Source: an uncultured bacterium (GTDB lineage Bacteria > Krumholzibacteriota > Krumholzibacteriia > LZORAL124-64-63). Taken from it: a stretch of DNA of 64,000 nt. The stretch is from assembly GCA_963727525.1 (NCBI GenBank), contig CAVSGO010000007.1, positions 1,600,001 through 1,664,000 on the forward strand, in the 5' to 3' direction. The notes below the pieces were generated by a model that did no database searches, was not told the origin of the DNA, and saw only the letters and a list, made by a program, of their open reading frames with translations. A program made the translations under genes and the position numbers. Positions 1 through 10,232 of this stretch are shown piece by piece (the stretch's first letter is position 1; each line of letters begins with the position of its first letter).

Positions 1-1756
1 CGGCAAAGTCCACCCGCAGGCGATCGAGCGCGATGTCGGCGCCCGCGTCGGACAGCGTCGCGGTGCCGCGCAGGCTGAGCAGCGTGTCGCCACGCACCGC
101 CAGGAACGAGTCGACCCGCGCCGCGCGAGCCGAGGCCTGGCCCCACACGAGGTACTCGCCCAGGGGAACGCCGCGCAGGGCCAGGTCGGTGCCGGTCACG
201 GCCGCCTGCAGCGACCAGTCGTCACCGAGCACATCGGTCGCGGACACGGACATGTCGCCGGCGCCGGCCGTGAGCGGACCCACGGCGGCATCGCCGAGGC
301 GGTACTGCCCGATGAGATCGAGGTTCGCGATGGGACCGTGCAGGGCACCGCCCCCGGCGAACCGGCCCCGCATCGCCGGCAGGCCCCAGTCGGACGGCAC
401 GTCGCGAAGGTTCCCCGCGTCCACGGTGAGGGTGCCGTCGAAGATCTCGGCGTGATCGGAGGTGCCGACGAGCCAGGCGTGGATGCTTCCGCGCTGCAGA
501 TCCACTCGCCGGAAATCCAGGCTATCCGGCCACGCCACGACGTCGACGCGGCAGGTGTCGAAAGGCATGACCGCGACGCGCCCGTCGGCGAGGGTGCCGG
601 TCACGCGGGTCCGGTTGTCCTGCGTGGTGTGCAGGATGCGCAGGCGTCCGTGCCCGTCGGTCTCGGGCAGGTCCTTCGCCTCGGGCACCAGGCCCGCCGC
701 CAGATCGAGGTCGGCCGCGTCCCCGTCCACGACCACGCGAGCCTGCCCGTCGCCCGTGGAAGTCACGGTGACGGCACCGTCGAACATGGCGTCGTTCACG
801 CGCCCGCGCACGCGGCGAAAATCCACGAGACCCGGCGTGATCACGGCGGTACCCGTGGCATCCACGACATGCCACGAGATCAGATCGCCGGTGAAGGTGG
901 CATCGAGGCGCACGGTGTCGGCCGCCGCGCGGATATGCGCCGTCAAGGCGCCGTCGGCGGCAAAATCGAGGTTGAGGCCGGTGAGGTCTGCCACGTCGCT
1001 GCTCTCGACCCGCTCGGCGTTCACGCGCAGATCGAGTGGGCCCGCGCGGTCGACGCGTCCCTGCACCGTCACCTCGGAACCATTGAACATGGCCTCGAGC
1101 TGCTCGGTACGCACGCCCGTGTCGTCGACGACCGATTCGCCGTATAGCCGCGCGAAGTGGGCGTCGCGGGTGTCCCAGTCGAGGTGCCCGCCGCGGCTGA
1201 AGAGCCGCAGGGTGTGACCGTCGGCCGCCACCTCGCCGCGCCAGCCGAACGAGGAGACGCGCTCCACCAGACGTCCGTCGGGGCTGGACACCTGCGCGGC
1301 CGCCGCATCGATCGCGACGGTGTCGATATGCAGGCGTGGGATATCGAGATGGGACGGCTCGGTGCGGCCGGACTCGTCCTGGGCAGGCTTCACCCCGCGG
1401 CCCTGGTGATGGTAAACCTCGGCACGCGCCACGCGGGCGCGGTGCAAGTGCACGTCGCGCCCGAGCACGTCGCGCAGTCGGAAGTCCATTTCCAGCGTGT
1501 CCACCGACACGATGGTGAGACCGCCATCATCCTGGGGTCGGCTGTAGACCAGCCCATAGAGATCGAGACCGGCAAAGAGTCGCGGGTGGTATGCGCGAAT
1601 CTTCAGCTCGCCCTGCCCGCCGCCCGTCAGGTAGCGGTTCAGCAGACGCGTGGTCAGAGGCGCCATGAGCTGGGGATGCGTGCCGAGCACCACCACAGCC
1701 GCCAGGATCACGGTCCAGGCGATGATCGTCGGCCAGTGTATCGAACGGTGCCACAT
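1..1756 (-). CDS. TamB/AsmA-like translocation-assembly protein, N-terminal part (runs off window start)
   Basis: Manual translation from ATG at 1756: MWHRSIHWPTIIAWTVILAAVVVLGTHPQLMAPL... One N-terminal TM helix followed by a long beta-rich sequence; directly downstream of the Omp85/TamA gene. Absent from the ORF track because it has no stop in the window. Confidence 0.75.
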   Translation of the reverse strand, partial: MWHRSIHWPTIIAWTVILAAVVVLGTHPQLMAPLTTRLLNRYLTGGGQGELKIRAYHPRLFAGLDLYGLVYSRPQDDGGLTIVSVDTLEMDFRLRDVLGRDVHLHRARVARAEVYHHQGRGVKPAQDESGRTEPSHLDIPRLHIDTVAIDAAAAQVSSPDGRLVERVSSFGWRGEVAADGHTLRLFSRGGHLDWDTRDAHFARLYGESVVDDTGVRTEQLEAMFNGSEVTVQGRVDRAGPLDLRVNAERVESSDVADLTGLNLDFAADGALTAHIRAAADTVRLDATFTGDLISWHVVDATGTAVITPGLVDFRRVRGRVNDAMFDGAVTVTSTGDGQARVVVDGDAADLDLAAGLVPEAKDLPETDGHGRLRILHTTQDNRTRVTGTLADGRVAVMPFDTCRVDVVAWPDSLDFRRVDLQRGSIHAWLVGTSDHAEIFDGTLTVDAGNLRDVPSDWGLPAMRGRFAGGGALHGPIANLDLIGQYRLGDAAVGPLTAGAGDMSVSATDVLGDDWSLQAAVTGTDLALRGVPLGEYLVWGQASARAARVDSFLAVRGDTLLSLRGTATLSDAGADIALDRLRVDFA

Positions 1757-1774
1757 CGTACCGTGAGTCTCCGA

Positions 1775-3853
1775 TCAGAAGGCGTAGCCCAGCGAGAAGT
1801 GGGCCCGCCAGCGGTCATCCACGAACGTCTGCGTCAGGCTCTCGTAGCGTGCGCGCTTCAGCGGCCAGCCAACATCCACCCGGAAGGGGCCGAACGGCGT
1901 GTTCAGGCGCAGTCCCGTGCCGATGCTGTAGCGATAGTCCCAGATCTTCGTACTCGTCGCCTCATTCGGATCGCCCGGGTCGCTGGTCAGGCGAAAGGCT
2001 TTCCAGCGCAGGTCGCCGAGATTCTCCCAGACGTTGCCACCGTCGAGAAACACGGCGCTGGCCAGATTCCACCGCGAGAGCAGCGGCAGCGGGAAGCGCC
2101 ACTCGACGTTGGTGATGAGCTGGTAGTTGCCGCCCCGGGCCGGATTATTGGGCAACGGGACGTCGGAACCGAAACCGATCGCATCGAGTTCCGCCTGGTC
2201 CACGAGCTGCGGCCCCAGGCTGTTGTCGCGGTAGCCGCGCACGGTGAAGGCGCCGCCGGCGAAGAAACGATCGTCGTATGGCACGCCGTTGGCGCCGAGC
2301 TTGCGCGACTTGCCGTAGGGCCGCACCGCTCCGATCCGCGCCCGCACCGCCAGAACGCCTCCGAGCACGCGCGTGTACGCCTGGTAACTCCCGCTGATCT
2401 TGAGGAACGAGTTGTCGCCCCCGATCACGCCGCCGGCCACCTCCTCCTGCGTCGTCAGATAATGCCCGCGCGCCGGATCAAAGGGGTTGTCTCGGGCGTC
2501 CATGAAGAGCGAGTGCAGGAGCGACCGCGTCTGCGTCTGCGTGACGTTGGCCTCGATGAAGCGCTCGCGCAGGCTGTCGGGGGCGATCGGATGCAGCTCG
2601 GGCTTGACGCGCCGCAGGCGGAAATCGAGGCGATTGGTGACGCGCAGGCCGCTCTCGCGCGACGTGCCCACCGTGATACCCTGGACGTTCTGGATCAGGG
2701 CCGATTCGCCGCGCGTCTCGCGGCGCGCGAAGACATTGATGTCCAGGGGATAGACGCCGCCCAGGAGGTGCGGCGTGCGATAGAGCACGTCGCCGCGGTA
2801 GTTGAGGTCGCCCTGGTGGAAAGCGCGCCGTTCGTTGATGATGTCCTCGACGTTCCAGTAGCCGCGCATGCGCACCTGGAGGCGGCGACCGGTGCCCCAC
2901 AGATTGTTGTGCCCCCACCCCACGAGCGCGCGGATGCGCTCGCGGCTGCCGATGCCGGCGCCCAGTTCCCAGAAGGCCGGCCGGCGCTCGGTGACGCGTA
3001 TCTCCAGCGCGGCCCTGGCGTTCACGCTGTCCCAGTCGGCGGGAACCGCATTGACGTCGCGGAAGAGTGCCGTGGCGAGCAGGCGCTGCCGCGACACCTC
3101 GACCTTTCGCCAGGCGAAGAGGTCGCCCGTGGCGATTTCCAGCTCCCGCGCGATCAGCCGCGTCTTGGTGGTGCGGTTGCCCGAGATGTCGATGCGGCTG
3201 ACGTGGTACGCCGGTCCGGGCGCGATGGTGTAGGTCACGTCGGCACTGAACCGATCGGGGGATGCGGTGGGCCGGATCGTCATGGCCGGTTCGATGCGCA
3301 CCTGCAGGTAGGCGCGGTCCCAGTAGAGCGAGCGCATGCGGTAGATGTCCTGTCCGTAGCCGTTCAGATCGGCGGGAGCCGGCTGCCCCTCCACCAGGAC
3401 CAGCGTCGCCCGTAGATCGCGCTCTGAGATGAGGCCGGGATCGACGAAGTGCACGCCACCGATCGTGGTGAAGGGTCCCTCTACGACGCGGATGTGCAGC
3501 ACGTCGCCGCGCTCGGGCAACGTGCTCACCGAGTCGAGGGCCGCGGTCGCGTCGTGATAGCCGTGCTGGCGGTAGAAGTTGCGCACCAGACGCAGGCGGG
3601 AGTCGATCACGTCGGGGCGGTAGCTCGCCACGCGCAGGGGATGCCGCCAGTTCGGCTCCTCGAGGCGCAGGATCGTCTTGAGTTCCGTGTCCGAGAACGC
3701 CTGGTTCCCGTGGATCTCGATCCTGGCGAGGCGGCTCTCCTGCAGACCGTAGTCCAGCTCGTCAACGGCATGCGCGTGCGAGACGGCGAGCAGCGCCAGA
3801 GCGAGGCCGGCCGTGGCGAGTATACGGGCCGCATGCGCCCGCACCGTACGCAT
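1775..3853 (-). CDS. Omp85-family (BamA/TamA) outer-membrane protein with ~3 POTRA domains
   Basis: Signal peptide from ATG 3853; POTRA repeats (IEIHGNQAFSD, IDISGNRTTK); barrel motifs VRGY, TPFGPFRVDVG; C-terminal FSLGYAF. Confidence 0.9.
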   Translation of the reverse strand: MRTVRAHAARILATAGLALALLAVSHAHAVDELDYGLQESRLARIEIHGNQAFSDTELKTILRLEEPNWRHPLRVASYRPDVIDSRLRLVRNFYRQHGYHDATAALDSVSTLPERGDVLHIRVVEGPFTTIGGVHFVDPGLISERDLRATLVLVEGQPAPADLNGYGQDIYRMRSLYWDRAYLQVRIEPAMTIRPTASPDRFSADVTYTIAPGPAYHVSRIDISGNRTTKTRLIARELEIATGDLFAWRKVEVSRQRLLATALFRDVNAVPADWDSVNARAALEIRVTERRPAFWELGAGIGSRERIRALVGWGHNNLWGTGRRLQVRMRGYWNVEDIINERRAFHQGDLNYRGDVLYRTPHLLGGVYPLDINVFARRETRGESALIQNVQGITVGTSRESGLRVTNRLDFRLRRVKPELHPIAPDSLRERFIEANVTQTQTRSLLHSLFMDARDNPFDPARGHYLTTQEEVAGGVIGGDNSFLKISGSYQAYTRVLGGVLAVRARIGAVRPYGKSRKLGANGVPYDDRFFAGGAFTVRGYRDNSLGPQLVDQAELDAIGFGSDVPLPNNPARGGNYQLITNVEWRFPLPLLSRWNLASAVFLDGGNVWENLGDLRWKAFRLTSDPGDPNEATSTKIWDYRYSIGTGLRLNTPFGPFRVDVGWPLKRARYESLTQTFVDDRWRAHFSLGYAF

Positions 3854-3984
3854 TCCCGTCGCTGTCGCTCGCGTCGCCTGGATTGACGTCACCTGGAGTT
3901 TCCCTTGCCGTCCCTGCGTCGGCCGTGTTCCCTTGGGAGGCGTCGTCGGATCATCCGCCTCGTCGCGAGACCACGGAGGCATCC

Positions 3985-4419
3985 ATGCCACTGCATCCCA
4001 CGCGCGTCCGTTTCGCGGTCATCGCCCCGCTGGCCATCCTGCTCGCCTTACCACTCGTCGTGGGCACGGGCTGCGAGCATGGCGATACGCGCCTCACGCT
4101 CGCGGACCTCAGCCACGGCGAACGCGAGTTCCTGACGCGCTTCGTGATCCTCGAGCGCGCCCGGGCCGTGGCCCAGGCCGACCCGCCCGTCGGCGCCGCC
4201 CTGCTCGACTCGCTGGCCGCCGCCTGGGGCGACAGCGCAATCGCCACGGCGCGTGCGCAGCTCGCCAACGACCCACTCCGCGCCGCCGAGGTGTACGACC
4301 TGCTGGGCCGGATCCTCTCGGCGGAGGCAGATTCGCTCGCGCAGGCCCCGGTGGCGCGCCGACTGCGCGCACCCCTGCCCCGGCCGGCGCCCGGCCCCGA
4401 GACCGTCTCGCCACGATGA
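3985..4419 (+). CDS. hypothetical lipoprotein
   Basis: GGAGG RBS at 3975-3979, ATG 3985, hydrophobic stretch ending in lipobox-like VGTGC. Confidence 0.7.
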   Translation: MPLHPTRVRFAVIAPLAILLALPLVVGTGCEHGDTRLTLADLSHGEREFLTRFVILERARAVAQADPPVGAALLDSLAAAWGDSAIATARAQLANDPLRAAEVYDLLGRILSAEADSLAQAPVARRLRAPLPRPAPGPETVSPR

Positions 4420-4452
4420 TGCGCCGCGGCCGGCGTCATGGCAAGCGCCGGG

Positions 4453-5868
4453 CTAGTGACCCGTCACCTTCCAGACGTCCAGCACCACCACGAAGGTCAT
4501 GAACAGAAGCAGGATGATCAGCCCCATCTGGGTCGCGATGGCCTGCACCCGTTCGGCCACGGGTTTGCCCCGCAGGACCTCGAAGACGAGGAACAGCACG
4601 TGACCCCCGTCCAGCACCGGAATCGGCAAGAGATTGAGCAGGAAGAGGTTGACCGAGAAGAAGGCGATGAACTGCATGAGATGCCCGAAGCTCCAGCGTA
4701 GCATCTCGCCCGCCACCTGGCCGATGCGGATGGGACCGCCCACGGCCTCGATCCCCAGCTTGCCGCCGAAGAACTGCGACAGCACCTCGACGGTGGCCCT
4801 GGTGGTGGCCCAGGTCGCTCGGTGGCCGATCTTGATCGCCTCGCCGAATCCGACCTTGCGCTCGGCATAGTAGCGCTCGAAATAGATGCGCCCCACGGTG
4901 GAGTCGGGCAGGATCTCCGCGGCCCGCGGCACGACCTGGCCCTCGTGGCGCTGGCCCTCGTGCTCCCAGACGACGTCGACGGGCTCGTTCTCCTTCTCGT
5001 TGATCACCGATGCGATCTGGTTGTAGGTGCGCACCGGCCGGCCGTCGAGTTCCAGGATGCGATCACCCTTGCGCAGGCCCAGCTCGGCCGCCGGACCGTT
5101 GCGCTGCACGAGTCCGACCAGATTGTCGTGGGGCTCCATACCCACGCTCCAGGAGCCCGTGGCCTGATCGTATCCCGGCGTGAGGGAGAGGTTGAGGGTG
5201 TGGCCGTCGCGCTCCACGGTCAGCGGTACGGCGAGGGGCTGCGAGGTGGCACCGATGTCGTAGCTGGGTTTCACGAGATCCTGCACCAGGTCATCCCAGG
5301 TGTCGACGCCGCGGCCGTCCACGCGCAGGATCTTATCGCCCGACGCGAGGCCTGCCGTCGCCGCCGGACCGCTCGCCGCCACGGATCCGATCTCGGTGAT
5401 CGGTACGACCTGCAGGCCCTCCTGGTAGACGATGCCCGTGTAGATGACGTACGCGAGCAGCAGATTGAAGAGCGGACCCGCCACGAACACGAGGAACCGC
5501 TGCCACGCCGGCTTGCTCACGAAATGGCGCTCCAGGGGGATGTCCTGGTCGAGACCCGCCGCCTCGCGATTGCCCGCCTCGGTTCCCAGCGGGTACTTGC
5601 GCTGGTCGAGGGTGCCGGCGTCCTGGATCTCCTCCATGAGCCCCTCGCCGGCCATCTTCACGTAGCCGCCGAACGGGATGAGGGAGATGGTGTACTCCGT
5701 CTCACCCCAGCGCTTGCGCACGACCTTGGGGCCCATGCCCACCGAGAAGGTCTTCACGTACACGCCGAAGACCTTGCACATCAGGAAGTGCCCCAGCTCG
5801 TGGACGATGACCACGAGGCCCAGGGTGAACACGAAGGCGAAGATGGTGATGGCGAAATTGCTCGTCAC
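4453..5868 (-). CDS. rseP: RIP metalloprotease RseP
   Basis: HELGH, AGPLFN, NLLPIPVLDGGH motifs; two PDZ-like domains; follows dxr. Confidence 0.95.
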   Translation of the reverse strand: MTSNFAITIFAFVFTLGLVVIVHELGHFLMCKVFGVYVKTFSVGMGPKVVRKRWGETEYTISLIPFGGYVKMAGEGLMEEIQDAGTLDQRKYPLGTEAGNREAAGLDQDIPLERHFVSKPAWQRFLVFVAGPLFNLLLAYVIYTGIVYQEGLQVVPITEIGSVAASGPAATAGLASGDKILRVDGRGVDTWDDLVQDLVKPSYDIGATSQPLAVPLTVERDGHTLNLSLTPGYDQATGSWSVGMEPHDNLVGLVQRNGPAAELGLRKGDRILELDGRPVRTYNQIASVINEKENEPVDVVWEHEGQRHEGQVVPRAAEILPDSTVGRIYFERYYAERKVGFGEAIKIGHRATWATTRATVEVLSQFFGGKLGIEAVGGPIRIGQVAGEMLRWSFGHLMQFIAFFSVNLFLLNLLPIPVLDGGHVLFLVFEVLRGKPVAERVQAIATQMGLIILLLFMTFVVVLDVWKVTGH

Positions 5869-5869
5869 G

Positions 5870-7129
5870 TCAAACCTCGGTCAGCAGTTGCGAGGCGGTC
5901 CGGCGCGCGTCGTCATCGACCGCGAGCACAGCCTCCAGGTCCGCCGGCGTCGGCGGGGCGAGTTTATCGAGGCAGCCGGCAATGATGGCCGCCAGGTCAA
6001 TATAACGCAGTTTCCTCGCCAGCACGGCGGCCACGGCCACTTCGTTGGCCGCGTTCAGCACGATGGGCGCGGCGCCGCCGGCCACACCGGCCTCGCGCGC
6101 GAGGCGCAGACAGGGGAAGCGTTCGAGGTCGGGCGCCTCGAAACGCAGCGCACCGATGGCCAGCAGATCCAGACGCGGCCCCGGCAGCGGCCAGCGCCGC
6201 TCGCCGGTGATGGCATACAGCAGGGGTAGTCGCATGTCGGGAAGCCCGAGCTGAGCGAGTACCGAGCCATCGACGAACTCCACCAGCGAGTGCACCCACG
6301 AACCGGGATGCACGACCACCGCGATATCGGCGTACGGCAGGCCGTAAAGGTGGTGCGCCTCGATCACCTCGAGACCCTTGTTCATGAGCGTGGCGGAGTC
6401 GACGGTGATCTTCGGACCCATGGACCACGTCGGGTGCCGCAGCACCTCGTCGAGGGTGACAGTGGCCAGCTTCGCGGCCGGCGTCTCGCGGAAGGGACCG
6501 CCCGAGGCGGTGAGCACGAGGCGTGCCAGGTCGGCGCGTTGCCGGCCCGCAAGCGCCTGTGCGATCGCCGAATGCTCCGAGTCCACGGGCAGCAGTTCGG
6601 CTCCGCCATCGCACACCGCCGCGCGGACCAGATCGCCGCCCATCACGAGCGACTCCTTGTTGGCCAGGGCGATGCGCAGCCCGCGCCGCGCTGCGGCCAG
6701 CGTGGGCTCCAGCCCGGCCGCGCCCACCAGGCCGTTCACGACGACGTCGGCAGGAGCTTCGTCCACCAGCGCGCTCACGATGCGCGCAACGGACGGCAGC
6801 AACCGGTCGCCGAACACGCCCGCCGTCGCGGCGGCGGCGTGGGCGTCCGGGTCGGCCACAGCCACCAGCGGTGTCCGGCTCGAGGCCGGCAGCGTGGCGA
6901 GGGCCGCCGCCAGTTCCTGCCAGCGACGCTGCACCGACACGGCCGTCACCTCGAGACGTCCGGGGAAACGCGCCACCAGGTCCAGCGTCTGCGTACCGAT
7001 GCTGCCGGTGGCGCCCAGCACGGCCAGCCGCAGAGGCTCGTCGAGTGTCTGCCGAGGCCCATCCCACGGGTAGACGCCGGCATGCCGCGCGGACGCGGCG
7101 TCGGGCTGATGTACACGGTCGGACGTCAT
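5870..7129 (-). CDS. dxr: 1-deoxy-D-xylulose-5-phosphate reductoisomerase
   Basis: LGATGSIG, LANKESLV, PVDSEH, TASGGPF, WSMGPKITVDSAT. Confidence 0.97.
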   Translation of the reverse strand: MTSDRVHQPDAASARHAGVYPWDGPRQTLDEPLRLAVLGATGSIGTQTLDLVARFPGRLEVTAVSVQRRWQELAAALATLPASSRTPLVAVADPDAHAAAATAGVFGDRLLPSVARIVSALVDEAPADVVVNGLVGAAGLEPTLAAARRGLRIALANKESLVMGGDLVRAAVCDGGAELLPVDSEHSAIAQALAGRQRADLARLVLTASGGPFRETPAAKLATVTLDEVLRHPTWSMGPKITVDSATLMNKGLEVIEAHHLYGLPYADIAVVVHPGSWVHSLVEFVDGSVLAQLGLPDMRLPLLYAITGERRWPLPGPRLDLLAIGALRFEAPDLERFPCLRLAREAGVAGGAAPIVLNAANEVAVAAVLARKLRYIDLAAIIAGCLDKLAPPTPADLEAVLAVDDDARRTASQLLTEV

Positions 7130-7136
7130 CGTCGCC

Positions 7137-8009
7137 TCACATCACGAAGTAACGGCAGTAGTAATATACGAGCGGGGCGGCGAAGAGCAGCGAGTCCATG
7201 CGATCGAGCACGCCGCCGTGGCCGGGCAGCAGCCGCGCCGAATCCTTGGTGCCCGCGTCGCGCTTGAACATCGATTCCACCAGATCGCCGAGCTGGGCGA
7301 CGAATGCCGTCACCACGCCGAGCACCGCGCCGGCGAACGTGGTCATGAACGGCAGGAAGCCGGCCGCGCACAGGTATCCCACCACAGCTCCGCCAACGAG
7401 GCCGCCGGCGGCTCCCTCCATCGTCTTGCCCGGACTCACGCGGGGCAACAGCTTGTGCCGTCCCATTGCGATGCCCACCAGGAACGCCGCGGTGTCGCAG
7501 CTCCACACGACGAGCGCCAGGTAGAAGACCAGGCGCGCCCCCAGCGCCGGATCGGCGCCGAGATTCGCCGGCAGTTCGCGCAGCATCACGAGATGGCTGC
7601 CCAGCCAGCCCACGTACATCACGCCGAGCACCGTCACGGCGCTGTTGGTGAGCGCCCGGTGTACGTCGGGTCGCAGCAGTTCGCGCACCATCACCGCCAG
7701 CAGGAAGAGGGTGACGATGAGCGTCACCGCCGGACCGCCGCGGAACACGTGCAGGCTCACGGCCACCCCGCCGCCCGCCCCCAGCCAGCGCGATGGCTGG
7801 TATCCCTTGGCCGCCATCAGGTCGTAGAACTCGTTCAGTCCCAGCAGGATGATGAGATCGACGAGGAGCAGGAAAAAGAGGCCGCCGCGGTCGGTGATCA
7901 CGTAGAGGCAGGGAACGCCAAAGACGATGACGACGAGCCGGGGTCCGATCCCCGCACGCCGTAGACGCCACCACCAGTTCTCCCGCACGGCGCCGGTGGC
8001 GCCGCTCAC
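7137..8009 (-). CDS. cdsA: phosphatidate cytidylyltransferase
   Basis: SPGKTMEG, GDLVESMFKRDAGTKDS, PGHGGVLDRMD; GTG start overlapping the uppS stop (GTGA). Confidence 0.93.
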   Translation of the reverse strand: MSGATGAVRENWWWRLRRAGIGPRLVVIVFGVPCLYVITDRGGLFFLLLVDLIILLGLNEFYDLMAAKGYQPSRWLGAGGGVAVSLHVFRGGPAVTLIVTLFLLAVMVRELLRPDVHRALTNSAVTVLGVMYVGWLGSHLVMLRELPANLGADPALGARLVFYLALVVWSCDTAAFLVGIAMGRHKLLPRVSPGKTMEGAAGGLVGGAVVGYLCAAGFLPFMTTFAGAVLGVVTAFVAQLGDLVESMFKRDAGTKDSARLLPGHGGVLDRMDSLLFAAPLVYYYCRYFVM

Positions 8010-8869
8010 GAGCGCACCCTCAGCAGCTTCTTCCAGCGCTCGACGCTCCACGGACTCGCGTCGTCCCTGCGGTCACTCGCCGGCGACGCCGACGGGAGTC
8101 CACCGAAGCGCCGCTCACGGTTGCCGTAGTCGTCGACGGCGAGCAGGAGCTGCCGCTCGCGGAAATCAGGCCACAGGACCGGCGTGATGAACAGCTCGGC
8201 GTAGGCGGCCTGCCAGATGAGAAAGTTGCTGAGGCGGCACTCGCCGCTGGTGCGGATGATCAGGTCGGGATCCGGCAGATCCGGGTGGTAGAAGCCGGCG
8301 AGCAGTGCCGACTCGTCGACGTCGTCGGGCGCCAACTCGCCCCGCTGCACCCGCGCGGCGACCTGGCGAACGGCCCGCATGATCTCCTGGCGGCCGCCGT
8401 AGGCCAGGGCCAGGTTGAGCTTAAGACCGGTGCCCTCGCTCAGGTACGCGAGCGATTCCTTCAACGCGCGCCGCGGCTGCGGGGGCAGCAGTTCGATGTC
8501 GCCACTCACGAGCAGGCGCACGCCGTTGCGTCGCAGCTCCTCGCGCTCCACGTGCAGGGCTTCCTCGAGAAAGCTCCACAGTGCACGCACCTCGGTCTCC
8601 GGGCGATTGAAATTCTCGCGGCTGAAGGTGTAGAGGGTGAGCACCTCGATGCCCAGTCGGCGGCAGCCCTGCACCACGGCCCGCACGGCATGGCGACCGG
8701 CACGGTGCCCGGCCGCGCGAGGCAGAAATCGCCGCCGCGCCCAGCGCCCGTTGCCATCCATGATGATGGCTACATGACGCGGCAGACCTCCCCGGGCGAC
8801 GAGCTGTGCGGCAAGCTGATCGTCGTCGAACTCCGGATAGGGATCCGGCGGCAGGGTGTCGACGAACAT
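8006..8869 (-). CDS. uppS: undecaprenyl diphosphate synthase
   Basis: HVAIIMDGNGRWA, DLIIRTSGECRLSNFLIWQ. Confidence 0.96.
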   Translation of the reverse strand: MFVDTLPPDPYPEFDDDQLAAQLVARGGLPRHVAIIMDGNGRWARRRFLPRAAGHRAGRHAVRAVVQGCRRLGIEVLTLYTFSRENFNRPETEVRALWSFLEEALHVEREELRRNGVRLLVSGDIELLPPQPRRALKESLAYLSEGTGLKLNLALAYGGRQEIMRAVRQVAARVQRGELAPDDVDESALLAGFYHPDLPDPDLIIRTSGECRLSNFLIWQAAYAELFITPVLWPDFRERQLLLAVDDYGNRERRFGGLPSASPASDRRDDASPWSVERWKKLLRVRS

Positions 8870-8874
8870 CGGTC

Positions 8875-9432
8875 TCAGATCTCCATGATCTCCGCTTCCT
8901 TCGCCTTCACGACCTCGTCGATATCAGCGCAGTAGCGGTCGGTCAGCTTCTGGATCTCGTCGCGGTCGGCGTGCAGCTCGTCCTCGCTGATGTCGCCGTC
9001 CTTCTGCTCCTTCTTCAGCGCGTCGTTGGCTTCCTGACGCGCGCGGCGCACCGCGACCTTGCCCTCCTCGCCGATCTCCTTGGCCAACTTCGAGAACTCG
9101 CGCCTTCGTTCGCCCGTGAGTTCGGGAATCTGGATCCGGATCATCATGCCGTCGTTCGAAGGGTTCAGACCGAGATTGCTGGCCTGGATCGCCTTCTCGA
9201 TGGCACTGATCGTGGCGCGGTCGAAGGGCTTCACAGCGAGCTGGCGCGGCTCCGGCGCGGCGATGGTGGCAAGCTGCTTGAGGGGTGTCGCAGCTCCGTA
9301 GTACTCCACGACCAGCCCGTCGAGGATCGCGGGCGAGGCCTTGCCCGTGCGCAGCTTGCCGAGGCGCCGTTTCACGGCGTCGTGGGCGGCGTCCATCGCG
9401 AGTTCGGCGTTCTCATTCACATCCTTGCTCAT
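8875..9432 (-). CDS. frr: ribosome recycling factor
   Basis: LRTGKASP, YYG, LGLNPSNDG, LTGERR; pyrH-frr-uppS synteny. Confidence 0.97.
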   Translation of the reverse strand: MSKDVNENAELAMDAAHDAVKRRLGKLRTGKASPAILDGLVVEYYGAATPLKQLATIAAPEPRQLAVKPFDRATISAIEKAIQASNLGLNPSNDGMMIRIQIPELTGERRREFSKLAKEIGEEGKVAVRRARQEANDALKKEQKDGDISEDELHADRDEIQKLTDRYCADIDEVVKAKEAEIMEI

Positions 9433-10154
9433 GGCCGTGGCTCCTTTGTGATCCAGGTCCCCACCGATTCCCCGGCCAGCAGGCGCCGCAGGTTCCGGGG
9501 ATCGCTGATGTCGAAGACCACCAGTGGCAGGTCGCCCTCGGAGCAGAGGGTGACCGCGGTCAGGTCCAGTACGCGCAGCTTGCGGGCCAGCATCTCATCG
9601 TACGTGAGCCGGTCGAAGCGCCGTGCATCAGGATAAGTCCGGGGGTCCTTGTCGTAAACCCCATCCACCTGGGTACCCTTGAGCAGGACGTCGGCGCTGA
9701 TCTCCAGGGCACGCAGCGCCGCCGCCGTATCGGTGGTGAAGTACGGACTGCCGGTGCCGCCGGCGAAGATGAGAACATGGCCGGTCTTGAGCAGTTCCAC
9801 GGCCCGGTCGCGCGAGAATGCCTCGGCCAGGGGCGATTGCGTGCGAGGCGTGAAGATGCAACTCTTCTGGCCCTCGGCCCGCAGGTAGTCGCGCATGACG
9901 GCGGCGTTCATGATCGTGGCGAGCATGCCCACGTGGTCGGCCGTCACTCGCGCCACTACCTCGAGATTTGCCGAACGGCCACGAAACAGGTTGCCGGCAC
10001 CGATGACCAGCCCCACCTGGATCCCGTCCTGGACGACCTGCGTGATGGCCTGGGCGAGCGCACTGAGCTTGGCATGGGCGAAGGCGTCTTCGGCGGAGCC
10101 CAGAGCCTCGCCGCTGACCTTCAGCAGGATGCGATTCGTGCGCAGCGGGGCCAT
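9429..10154 (-). CDS. pyrH: UMP kinase
   Basis: ILLKVSGEAL, GTGSPYFTTDTAAALRA. Confidence 0.96.
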   Translation of the reverse strand: MAPLRTNRILLKVSGEALGSAEDAFAHAKLSALAQAITQVVQDGIQVGLVIGAGNLFRGRSANLEVVARVTADHVGMLATIMNAAVMRDYLRAEGQKSCIFTPRTQSPLAEAFSRDRAVELLKTGHVLIFAGGTGSPYFTTDTAAALRALEISADVLLKGTQVDGVYDKDPRTYPDARRFDRLTYDEMLARKLRVLDLTAVTLCSEGDLPLVVFDISDPRNLRRLLAGESVGTWITKEPRP

Positions 10155-10194
10155 GGGGTTCCTTCCCTGACGGTGCCGACATGGCCGGCAGATA

Positions 10195-10224
10195 GAAAAA
10201 GAGCCCGGGCACCGGCCCGGGCTC
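10195..10224 (-). terminator. Rho-independent terminator after tsf
   Basis: 9-bp stem GAGCCCGGG/CCCGGGCTC followed by TTTTTCT on the minus strand. Confidence 0.8.
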
Positions 10225-10232
10225 CCTGGCGC